Made by a program: the position numbers and the translations under genes. The notes under the pieces are model-generated. The model was given only the letters and a program-made list of their open reading frames with translations, was not told the origin of the DNA and did no database searches. A stretch of DNA of 52,087 nucleotides, the filler included, from Sphacelaria rigidula (lineage: Eukaryota): assembly GCA_964200075.2 (NCBI GenBank). It is 4 parts of 4 records of this genome, joined end to end, with 100 filler letters (N's around TTAATTAATTAA, not from the genome) between each part and the next. Parts side by side here need not be neighbours in the genome. Positions count along the whole stretch, not along the records: positions 26,096 to 39,042 come from CAXNAA020003278.1; positions 39,143 to 52,087 come from CAXNAA020003279.1; 2 more parts are not named here. The stretch is one strand, 5' to 3'. Shown in pieces: positions 37,836 to 49,349 of the stretch (its first letter is position 1; every line of letters starts with the position of its first letter).

Positions 37836-38703
37836 CATACATACATACATACATACATACACACAGTACGAGAAGCAAGGGCGTGGGAGCAGCCTTTGAC
37901 TCAATCAGTCATCTGGAACCCGCAGTAAAATATTAGTCAGGAACGCTTGACCACCGACCGTGAAGGAAAGAGACAATGCATACAGTACAGTGCGGTACAA
38001 ATAGCAGCGTTTTATGGCCGAAGAGCATGAGAGTAGCGCGGCGCATGTACTGCGCCAAGTATTTGTGGGTCGGGTCTCCATACCTGCCTTGAGCAAAGCT
38101 TGCCAACGATCGAGGCGCCTCCACCACGTGACTGCCCCGAGGCAGTCCAGCCGAGCCTCAGGGTGATTGGCACACGAACCCGCTTGCGGGGTAAGTGTTG
38201 AGTGAGGTTACCTCCTTCCGTCAAGGAAAAAATATATAAACAGCAGCGTTGGTGAGCAGTGAGGGGCAGTCGGCACTGTTATAGTACGGTAAGCGACACA
38301 TACACATTTACGGTGCTGTATGTAATTTGACGAATGATAATTGTTGACCCCTGAGAGTCTATATACATGTCCGCAGCGCCGCGTGTACGTACGTGAAGAA
38401 AACCGATTCGGGATGGCATATACTGTTGGGCCACTTGTCCCTGCGCACAGAATCATGCATCTTACCTCGCATTTTAAGTGTGTACTCCCTTCGTACTACA
38501 CACACACATATATTTATTTTTATAGATGTTGGTGCCCAAATGTTTGAGCTTTGTCGTGGCTATCTGAGTTGGGGCGAGCGATCTCCCCCCCCTCCTCCCA
38601 CCACGTCGCCCATCCCCACGTAAATAGAGGGACCCCAACATATTTATTGTGTCCTTCTCCGCCCCCCCCACGTGAAACAAATTATCATATATGTATCATC
38701 AAG

Positions 38704-38866
38704 CTGTTTTCGGGGCAAGTTGGGCTGCAAGGATGTGGTACTCAAAACCCTCAAGACAGACTCGACTGCTAAGGATGGCGAAGACCTGGACAGGGAATTG
38801 ATTATCATGCAGCTGCTGCTGCACAGACATATAGTCGCGTTGCTCGGAGCCGGTGTCATGCCGCAG
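38704..38866 (+). CDS. Protein kinase gene, exon 2 (subdomains I-IV)
   Basis: AAG| acceptor and CAG|GTAC donor. Splices in frame to exon 1, giving LADGGCSSCFRGKLGCKDVVLK...DLDRELIIMQLLLHRHIVALLGAG. The contig ends in intron 2. Confidence 0.85.
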
Positions 38867-39042
38867 GTACGGAATACCGATTGTTTGTAGGTGCGGTATT
38901 TGCTTGCTTCTTTGCTCGAAATACCCGTGAATAAATCGCTTCTGAACCCCCCCTCCCCCCCCCCCTTGAGGGCTAAAATGAATAGGCGGGGTAGGAAGAT
39001 GTACAAATGAAGAACCGATGAACTAGATATGGAAGAGAAACG

Positions 39043-39142
39043 NNNNNNNNNNNNNNNNNNNNNNNNNNNNNNNNNNNNNNNNNNNNTTAATTAATTAANN
39101 NNNNNNNNNNNNNNNNNNNNNNNNNNNNNNNNNNNNNNNNNN
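39043..39142. other. Artificial contig linker
   Basis: N44-TTAATTAATTAA-N44. Confidence 0.97.
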
Positions 39143-39215
39143 CGCTGTATGGCCCTTTTTTTCGTGACACTTTTAGCTGGTTTTGGGGGGGGGGCTATCG
39201 TAGAAAGTGTCCCAA

Positions 39216-42200
39216 GCGTCCGGAGCCGTGGCGAAAGCTGTCGCAATGAATTCTCGGGGGGAAACGATGCTAGAGCGGATGGAGCCCACCCTGTCCAATT
39301 TGGAGAAGTACTTCACAGAAAATCCGAACGTGGAACTAATATATCGTTCTCCCGATGGTGAGTTCATTCCCGGCCCGGCTGCAGAAATCACTAAGGCTTT
39401 GGTGGAGGGGTTGGCACCGGAAAAATTCAAGCAAGCCGTGCTTCTTAAGCTGCAGCACCAAACAGACTGGAAGGCCGACCCGTACCTGATGATGAGCACC
39501 GTCGTGGCCGAGGCCAAGGAGTGGCGGAAAATAGAGGTGTTCGGCCAGTCGTCCACCCCTTCGCCGAAATCTTTGGTCTATCATGGCTCGAAATCGGTCG
39601 GTCGCGCCGCGAGTATTACTTGTCACCGCTGTGGCCCGGTCGACCAATACGCGCGCGATTGCCTAACGTCTTCCGGTGAAGAGTCTGGGCAGTCTAGTGC
39701 CGCGCGCCATCAGCATCGTCAGCACAAGGGAAAAATACGAGGTAATCGCGGTGGCGGCGGCAGATCCTCCAGCGATGGAAGGTCGCAGGCGAGCCCTCAG
39801 TAGCAGCCGCAGCAGCAGCAGCAGCAGCAGGGGCACCGGCGTCAGCATGAGCCTGACTCTGGATCCGGCGCCGCCGTGGGTGCTGCTGCTCCGCAACGGA
39901 CGGTGCAGGTGGGCCCGAAATCTACAGCGTCAAACACTGCGCCGGCGCCACCAGCAGCAGCACCAGGCGCGACACCTGTTGACGCGCTGGTCGGAGGGTC
40001 GCCAAATTCTTGGTTTGCTGGCTGGGGGGCGTACCCGCCGGCGGTGCCGTTTGAACCTGCCGGGGCGTCTTCGCCGGCACAGCTTGCGCAGCCGTGGCGT
40101 CAAGTGGGATTAGCGGCGCATAGGTCAGCGGAAGAAGTTCCCGTGGTACTTGCCGACAAAAACATTCCGGCGGAGTTATGTCTTCCTAATCAACGGCAGC
40201 GGGGAGCCATTGTGGTTCGGTCTGTATTGGATTCTGGCGCCCATTTCACTAGTCTGCCGGTGCAGCTGGTTGAGATGCTGGAGCGTCAACTCCCGGGTGT
40301 GCCGCTGCGCATTCCATTTTCGCTCGGGGCGTGGCAGGCAGTCACCGCGTCGGGTCAGCATGTTTCAGTCACGGAGCGTGCTGTTCCATTGCAGCTAGTC
40401 TTCAAGACTGCTTGGGGGCTGGCGACGTTGCCTCTGATCTCGTTTGCGATTATGCCAGGGTCGGATGGCGTTGTTCTTCTGGGGCTGCCGACGCTACAGG
40501 AACTAGGAGTCGACCCGTATGAGCGGTTGAAGGATTCCATCAAGACGCGGTTGTCTCCGCCGGGTCCGCACGTGGAGACGGCCGCCTTTTTGGGCAGTAG
40601 TCGCATGAGCTTGCCGGTGCATGTTTTTCAGGAAGCTGGGAGGCAGGTGACCGAGGAGCGGAATGCGGCGATGGAACGCTTAGTGGAGCGCGGCCCGAAT
40701 ATGTTCATGGACCCGGCGGAAGAGGAGTCCGCTCGGAAGGTCGCGCTGGAGGAGAGCGTGACGGATGCTGTGACGAAAGGCCTCAGCGTCTCCAAAGCGG
40801 AACGCCTGCGCGGCATCTTGCATCGCTGCGTCAACGCGTTTCGTCGTGCGCTGCGGGGTGATCCCCCTGCGCGCGTAGAGCCCATGCGTGTTCAGCTGAA
40901 ACCTAGGGCATCCGCGGTGAAGGCGAAGCCGCGGCGGTGCGACCCTGTGAAGTCGAGCTGGTTGGCGTCGTGCATGGCGCCTCGTTTGGCGCTTGGGTTG
41001 GTAGTGCGGAACCTGCAGGCGGTATGTTCCAGTCCGGCGATAACGATTCCCAAGAAAGACTCGTTTCGCCTGGTAAGCGACTACAAAGCCGTAAATGATC
41101 AGGTTGAGAAGTCGCCGGGTGTGGTGCCTAATCAAGTGTCGGACATGCGTGATCTCTCGAGTGCTCATTTTTTGGCAAGTTGGACGTCCTCCAAGGTTAT
41201 TGGCAGATGCCGTTGGCGGAGGAGGCGCGGGAGATTTTCACAATGACGCCCTCGTTAGGCTTGTTTACCCCGAAACGAGTACCGCAAGGCGTGTTGAATG
41301 CAAAGCCATATTTCAAGGTATCATGACAGAATTGCTTGTCGGCTTAAATGCAAGGTATGGGTGGATGATATGTGTTTTTTCGCGGATATGGAAGACGAGC
41401 TTTTAGAAACGCGTGATGCTATCTCGGCCCGTTGAGAGAATGTTGGTTTGTTTGCGGCGGCGCACAAATGCACTTTCTTCGCTAGTGAACTCGTATGTTC
41501 TGGGAAAGTGTACTCACATGGACGCGTATCTCATGACCCTGTCAGATTGCAAGGCTTGTCTGACATGCGGCGCCCGGAGACGGCCGCAGAACTCATGCAA
41601 TTCCTGCAGGCCGTGAATTGGCTGCGTACCTCGTTGCCGCGTATGGCAGAAATCGTAGCTCCCTTGCGTTTTTTCCTCGGAGAACTCATGGCGGGTGCTG
41701 CGAGGCGGACGAAGCGTGTTGCAAAAAACTGCGCTATTCCACCTGCATCGTGGACGGAGGGTAGGTTGCAGGCGTGGGCGGCAGCGAAGGGCCTGGTGGC
41801 TCACGCCGTGACGCTGTTCCATCCTTGTTTTGATCGTCAGGTGCTAATGTTTCCGGACGCATCTGAGTGTCATTGGGGTAGTTTCGTTACGCAGGTGCCT
41901 AAAGCAGAAATGCAAAGACGCCTACCAGTTGAGGACATGACGCATGAACCGCTGGCTTTCCTCAGTGGTAATTTTACGGATTCGCAGTTGCGTTGGGCCA
42001 CAATTGATAAGGAAGGTTTTGCTATCGCAAGCATTTTTCGTCGTTTGGAGCATTTTTTGTGGGATGGCGTGCACATTTTCACGGATAACCGGAATCTCGT
42101 GTATATTTTCAACCCGGAAGTGTGCGTTACGTCTGTGTCGAAAGCATTGGCACAACGTTTGGAGAGTTGGAAAGCTGTTCTTGGCCAGTACAGTTACTCG

Positions 42201-44110
42201 ATTTGCCATATTTCGGGTGACCGTAACGCGTGGGGTGACTTGCTTTCGCGTTGGGTGAATATTCCGGCTTTGCCTGTGCGCGCTGTGGCTGTGTATGGTT
42301 CATGTGAACCTGATGACTCAATACCATCCAAATTTGTCGTCCACCAAGCGCAACGAAAAGACCTTGGGGCCGAGAATGCGGATGTGCAATCCTTCGAGTC
42401 GGACGTCGGTACTACTATCTCGAAGAATGAAGGTCTCTTTCGTGTGCATGTGCGTGGCCGAAACGTTTTGTGGATTCCGAGTTCTGACAAGCAGTTGTAG
42501 GTACGTCTGATGGTTTGCGCGGACATACGCGACGCCGGACATTGTGGTGTGGCTGCAACGCTCGTGCACTTGCAAGACTTTTGTGTCTGGCAGGGGATAG
42601 AAACCCATGTGTGCGAATTTGTTCGCCAGTGTCTTCACTGTGCTGACTCGAGGGCGGGCGATGTTGTTCCCCGCCCGCTCGGCGAAGCGGTTCATGGGAC
42701 CACGCTGAATGAAGTCGCTCATTTTGAATTCTTGTACGTGGGCGAGAGTGGCCCGCTAGCTTCCCAAGGGTTGTCGGAGGATGCTGGGTTTCAATACATT
42801 TTGGTAATCATGGATGACTTGAGCAACTTAGTGGCGCTGGAACCAGTAGTAGTGTGTACTACTGAAGCGACTGCTGCATCTTTGCTGAATTGGTGCAAAC
42901 CTTTGGGGGTGCCGCGTGTGTGGGTGAGTGATATCGCCAAGCATTTCAAGAATGCGATCTTGGCCCCATTGCAAGAGGATTTACACCTTGATCACCAGTT
43001 TGCGGTGGCGTATTCTCGGTGATCTAACGGTACGTGCCAACGCATGGTCAAGGAAGTAGTTCGTGCTCTTCGCTCTATTCTTCTCGAGCAGCGTAGAGTA
43101 GTTCCCGAGTGTGTGGACGTGTTGCCGGCGGTGCAATGGGCGCTTAATACAGCGTATCGTCGTCGGTACGAGAGTACGCCGTACCACGTGATGTTTGGTC
43201 GTGCCCCTTGGACGTCTTTCTCGGTGCTGGCATCTTCGTCGGCGGGGGAAGGGAAGTGTGATGTTTTGGACGATGTTCAAATCAAGCGTGCATTGTAAGG
43301 AGTCTTGGACATGCACGAATATTTCCACGTTCAAGTGCAGGAACGTGTTGCAGCTGAACGTGCGCGTAGACGTGAGGGGTTCTCGTCGGGGCTGCAACTG
43401 CCGAATTTTGAGGTATGCGACTATGTCTTGTATGCACGCGTGTGTCGTCCTGGCGTTACGCCCAAGTTGATGGCGACTTGGACTGGTCCATGGAGAGTGG
43501 TTGGTGCTCACCACTCGCACGTGTTTGAGACTCAAAACATTGTTTCGGGCCGTGTGCAGACCGCCTATGTAGCTCGTTTGCGTTTTTATGCAGACTTACA
43601 GCTTAACGTTACGGCTGACGTTAAGGACGTGTTCCAGCATGCTTTCAATCAGGGGCACTTTCAGATGGCTGGTATTGTCCGAGTTGCAGAAGCAGACGAT
43701 CGTTCGTTGATCGTGTTGGTCGACTGGGTTGGTTTCGAAGCTGAGGAGCGTGTGTGGGGGCCTTTCAACGATACTTTTGAGGCCGCTCTGGAATTTTTCA
43801 CGAAGGAGTTGCGTGAATTGCGCGTGACTCGTGCCGTTGCTGCTCATATTTTGAATGAGTTTGGTATTCAGTTGTGACTTACTCATCGTTTGAGCGTTTT
43901 CTGTGTGCCAAGCTTCTTGATCGATTTTCGTCCAACGCGCCTTGGGGGTGCTGTGACGAATTAACGCCGTTACGTAGAGTTGGTAGTGATGATCTGGATA
44001 ATGACCATTGGTAGTGATAATCTGGATAATGACTGGGGACACTAGATTGTTACCCTGGCGTGTCTAGGAGGCTGTGCCTACGAGGGCACTCTTGAATAAT
44101 GAGAATGCTG
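39216..44110 (+). mobile_element. Ty3/gypsy retrotransposon with chromodomain, 5'-truncated and frameshifted
   Basis: Gag knuckle CHRCGPVDQYARDC, protease VLDSGA, RT (FRLVSDYKAVN, WVDD), RNase H (FPDASECHWG), integrase (GHCG..CLHC), chromo-like VLVDWVGF, G-rich PPT then LTR starting tgtgacg at 43952. Confidence 0.92.
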
Positions 44111-44119
44111 TAAAGGATG

Positions 44120-47100
44120 ATAACTGAAACTGAGGCCAGTAAGATGGGGGAGTCCCTCAACAGCAGTGATCCAGAAGTTCTTCCACTGGCTGGCGTCACA
44201 AGACACGTCCGTTCTCGTACTTTATGCCCCTGCATGCTGACCTTAAGGCTGAGACCCGGTATCACCACTTGCTGCACCGTCCACGATCCAGTCCACAAAT
44301 CGTGTACTAGTTTGGCCAGCACATCTTCGTTGGAAGGGAGCTGTCCGACTCTTTGACTAGCATCAGGTCCCCTACCTGAGCTCGCGATCCTGCCGACTGG
44401 CGAGTCATCTCGGCATTTCTAGCTGATCTTACCTCTTCCCTTCGTTTATGGCGTTGCATTAATAACTCGTGAGCCTCCTTCAGATTCTGTCGCTGTTGTT
44501 CCACCGTGCTATTCAACGGTGGAGACCCCGCTTCAGGCGACACAGCGTCGATTTGAGTGCGCGGCTCGCGCCCCAAAAAGCAGATTTAATGGCGTCGGGT
44601 TGTTAGACAATGACGGGTCTGGAGTAACAAGGTGAATCCATACAGCGGAATCTACGTTCTCATCCTACCTTTCCGGCCACTGCTTACATAATTCGGCTAA
44701 AACGTCGTGCAACCACCCTCCGTACCTTTCCACCCCGCCCGGACCGCGAGGGTGCTCTGCTGAACCATAATCCAGCTTGACCATAATCCACAGGCATACA
44801 TGGTTTACTACTTCCGGAGTGAAGTCCCCCCCAGCGTCACTTCCAAGCAAATAGGGCATTCCGAACGTCAAGAAGAGCTTCAGCAGACATTTAGCTACGG
44901 ATTCAGTGACCTTGGCGGCCAGTGGGAAGGCAAAGAGAAACTCGGTTGCTCGATCCACAACGACCAGCAACTACCTATTACCCGAGGTAGAAACCTGCTT
45001 CATTTCCGATACGCCCATCTCTAGTACCTCCCATGGCCACAAGAATCGGGCGGGTCGCATCGATATGGTGTGAATCTTAGTACGCTTGCGTCGGCGACAT
45101 CCACAAGGCAACGCGTATCTGCGAGTATCGGCGGAAAGGCCGAGCCATTCATAACGTGCGTTGACCACTGCAGTCGTCCTCATTACTCCGGCGTTCCCCT
45201 GCGTAGTGTGCATCAACGCCAGCAGGCCTGGCACTAGACTGCGTGGAACAGCACTTAGCTGGCGCGCTAGGTGAGGTATGCCATACAAGATTATCCTCAT
45301 CTAGGACGTACGCATCCTGCCCCTTATCAGCTCCTTCATCCTTATGCTGAGCAATGCTATGGTAGGGGTGCACCTTTTTCGCGAAATATTGTCTAGTTCA
45401 GGGGCTCCTAACGATTCTAGATGCACAAGAATATGGGTCAGGGCATCCCCGTTCGCAAATTCATTCGGGATATCCCCGGCACATTGGAGTAGTAATCCTG
45501 GCGTACTCCCACATATTTTCATGAGTAGTGTTTTGCCTGAAATCAAGGACTTCTCACAATTTATACCTCAGAAAATATTTTGTGTACCCCTACTGTAGCA
45601 TCACTCTGCTCTTCTTCTCACCTATCCTTGATGGGTCCAAGCCGGGAGTCCCGCTTGCAGTAATACGAGTCGCGGTCTATCCATCAAGATCGCTCTCGCC
45701 TGCTCGAGAACGGCCCTAGCGTTACATTTACCTGGTATCTGTGGCTCCTTAGTTGAAGTCTCTCCCGTACGAGAGTATTGGTTTGACTCACGCCCTGCCT
45801 CGGGAACAGTCGAGCGAGTTACGGCGGCTCCCCAAGCTTCTGATAACTCTGCTTCCTCACGCGGCCATATCGCGGCGAGCGCGTCGAGACCCACATCCTC
45901 ACTCTGAATCTGAGTCAGGCTCAACAAACCTTCCGCCTCCAAGCTTGATAGAACCGCCTTCATCATCCACGGATGAACGAAACTAGCCACAATGTCTGGC
46001 ATGGTGTCGTTGTTCACCGTGGGCGGGGTCTCGCAACGGTCGAGGGTGGTCGCGACTCTCACGAGATCGACTCTTTCCAGCTCGACCGCTTCCTCACACC
46101 CCCCTGCGTCCGCCCCGTGGGGTTTGACTTCCTCGCGCCTGGCCTTTCGTTAGCCGGGATTGAGATAACCTGGGCATCGTATCCTCGAAGTCGTGAATAG
46201 CCTTGCCTTGTCCCGTCGACTCCAGAAAATAGGTGCCGGTCCGCCCCAATAGCTGATCCAACGTGGGGCAGGCAACGGCGTACGCTTTCACTCGCTGCTT
46301 CCACGCTCTCAGTGGCCCTTCCCTCCGGCGATCAACTTTCAAAGCGACCACATAGGTCCGTCTCTTCCGATACAGGGCGCCCACCTGCACGACGGGGACT
46401 GAAGCTTGCTGGGTGAGGCAACCGGCTCCGCTCAAAAACGGAGCCACGCGCCCCTTCCAACCCGGAGAGTTCACCATTACAGCAGTACTCTCCAAGATCA
46501 GAGTTGTCACCGAGGCTGAGGAGAGAAACGACTCGACCAGGTCTTGGACAACGTTGATGGATTCCGATTTCGCCGCACCCCTCTCAATGGAGGCAACCCT
46601 ACTCGTATCTCCTACCAACACTTCTGGTTGCACCTCCTCCACAAGGTTGTAGAAAGAACGGCGCCCCGGAGTCGTACATCCCGGCTGACTCCCCTTCCAG
46701 TTTGGTTTACTGAAACACAATCCAACGTTTTCCAATCTGCATCGGTGGCTGCGACCACCTCCAAGAACTACTCCGCAGCCAGAATACTCCCTCCGCCTCC
46801 ACAACGGACAATCAAAGCGAGGGGCCGTTGCTTAACCGGTCCTGGCATGGAGTACTTGAAGTCAACGGTAACCACGGCCCCCGTTTCCGGTAGATACAAC
46901 GCGCTGAATTCCTCCAACGCCAAGGCCATGACGTCCGCGGTTTCTTCCGGATATTCAGCCTCCAGTTCCTCAAGTAGCATTCCATCCAGTTTGGGTCCTT
47001 GCGGTCCTCCCTCTCCGCCTGGTCCGGCTTCAGAGTCATCGTCAGGGAATGGCACATCAATATCGCTTCCCCTGTCTTGGCTTCCTTGCAGTCAAACAAG

Positions 47101-49300
47101 GCGTCCGTCAGCTGGTCTTCTTGTCGAGCTCTCCACTTGAGAACCATGTCATACTCCATCGACCTCAGCGGCCACCGATGGAACTTAGGCGACAGGTTAT
47201 GACCGCGAAACAGCCGTGTCAACGCACTGAAATCCGTAACTAGCGTAAACTCTCGCTCCCATAGATACGATCTAAACAGCTCTACCGATCACAAAAGAGC
47301 GACTACCTCTTGCTCTGATGCCGACCCCGCTTCATCCGCTCGAGACCATCTATGACTAGCGTACTCGATGATCCATTCCCTCTCGTCCGCCTCCTCGGCC
47401 AGGGCGGCCTCTGCCGCGTACTCTGAGGCGTCTGAGTATAGCACGAATCGCATTCCAATCCGGGTACACCAAGATCGGATACGATATCAGAGCTCACTTC
47501 AAGTCCACAAATGCTTGTCGCTGCTGGGATCCCCACGGAATCGTCATCCTCCGCGCCCGCTTGGTGGCGAATCGCTTGACTCTCAGCGAGTCCATGAGCA
47601 GCGCTGCCATGCTACTGTGCCCATCTTGGCCTCCTCGGCTACCAACTTCCGGAGCCATTCCAAGGCGGTGACATCCCCAAACGGTACACGCATCACGTCG
47701 CCTGCTAGGCTGGGCACCTCGATGGTAGTTCTCCTCCAATCCGTCATTTCAGTATAGATGGCTGAGATGAATAGCACTACGCCTGTCTGTGTGTTGATCC
47801 GCTTGTGGTTTCAGCGGCTTGGTAGTCATGTGAGCGTCTGTAGGTACCTTTCAATTTTCCCCTTCATACGCCGCTAGCGTGGTACGGAAACGCTTCAAGG
47901 ACAAGGCCGCGGAGTACGGTAGGTCAGATCTCCAGCTCAATTTACGGACCGTCGCTTATACACTTTAGTGTCCGCATCCTTAGATCCCAAGAACTTGGCC
48001 AAGGTGGAAGCCCAGCGTGCCACCAATTCCTGGTGTCTCAGTATTGCAGACCAATTACGGTCGAACGGCTGGGCAGGAGGTGCAGGAATGCGGGGATACG
48101 TGGCTCCGTACGGTGTCACCCCATCCAACTTGGATTGGACCGCTGGGGTTGCACCGAAGACTAACCGGGTCGGGCGCAACCATATACCTGGAGTGACGCT
48201 GCGGGGGCAACGGCGGCGGAGGCGGCAGCTGGGAATCAGTGAAATTCCCGGCAGCCGGCGTTTGCAGGGCCCACTGAGGCGCATAGACTAGCATTGCCTG
48301 CTGATGAGGCGGAGGAGTAGACGGCGGGACGTTTTGGTGCCTGGGGACAAGGTGCCCCCGCTGTTGCTGCTGAAGAATCTGCCACTGCGGCGGCGGCGCG
48401 GCAGCAGCCTGCTGCTGCAGGAGAGGTGCAACGACCTGCTGCTGAGGGGGCGCGGCAACCTGCTGCTGCTCGAAAGGTGCGACGGCCCGCTGCTGCTGAG
48501 GAACTTGCACAGGAGGCTGTTGGGCTGACCCCGGCGGGTAGAAGGGTTGAACTTACGGGTTCAAGGGATTCCCACTCATCTTTCGCCGAGTTTGAGTTGG
48601 CTATGTGATACTTGGAACCTTAAACCTGCACGCACGTACCACATGGATATGACAACGATTGATCGCACCCCGTATTATTTATAACAGTGTCTTACGTCCT
48701 CTGTAAGCTCAGAGGCTGGGATGTGGTTGAAAGACATTCCCAGATCATCAACGGCGTGAGGAATCATGAAACAAGTAACATGAACGGCAGCGCTCCTCCA
48801 GCAAAAAATGAAAGCGGACACCAGAAAGGGGGAGGAGAACGGACGGAACAGCAATCTCACCGGACAAAACAGGTTCATGCGTATGCATTTGGCCAACGTT
48901 TTCCTTGTCGGGGACAACCAAGGATAATTCCCTGGACCTCGACCCCTGCCAACCTGTTCGGGCACGCATGGGAACTATGGCTCCCATCAACGTGTTCGGA
49001 CAAGCACGGTCTTGACATCTTGGGCCTTCCTCCTCGTCCATTTTCCTGTATGCGGTGATTTCCTGCCGGCTTGCTGTACGTCGCAAGCATACTCCTGGTC
49101 CATACAACTTTTTACTTTATCCACCCAATGTCTGGCTGACATGCCAGTAACGTGCCTAGTATCCATGATAATTACACTCATCGTTCAGTACCAGCCAACA
49201 ACTCTCGTCGGTAGCTTTCCGGTATACTCTCGGCAAAGGAATGTGTGGAACCCGTGAACCCTCGAGACTAGAAGAATGTAGCCCTGTCCCGGTGACGGTC
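44120..49300 (-). mobile_element. Second Ty3/gypsy retrotransposon, decayed, with an extra domain between RNase H and integrase
   Basis: Integrase (LVVVDRATEFLFAFPL, GSDAGGDFT, GGVER) at 44300-45300; RT-end/RNase H remnants (QRQAFVDLK) at 47050-47750; Q/P-rich gag-like at 47900-48600; PBS-like tggtac at ~48640; probable LTR beyond it (right boundary uncertain). Confidence 0.75.
46100..46830 (-). pseudogene. Cytosine-C5 DNA methyltransferase-like domain within gypsy pol
   Basis: LIVRCGGGGSILAAE*FLEVVAATDADWKTLDCVSVN (motifs I-II), EVLVGDTS (motif IV position, no Pro-Cys), LILEST (motif VI ENV position), VGALYRKRRTYVVA (motif VIII, GVPQxRxR-like). Confidence 0.6.
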
Positions 49301-49349
49301 ATAGCATGCACGGATAGACAATCAACTTCGGATTTATTATCGGGGCGCA

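Larger units (their letters stand above)
32400..38500 (-). pseudogene. Endogenous L relic F (end of region III to region V/VI), fragmented, antisense within kinase intron 1
   Basis: SVFFTY (~38390-38405), GG...FAQGRYGDPTHKYLA (~38055-38125), LLTVPNY..YENTVVYG...NNITI (~36810-36935), LRYRF, YATSLEIS, DVHLFQALYTVAMY (~33553-33597). Confidence 0.5.
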
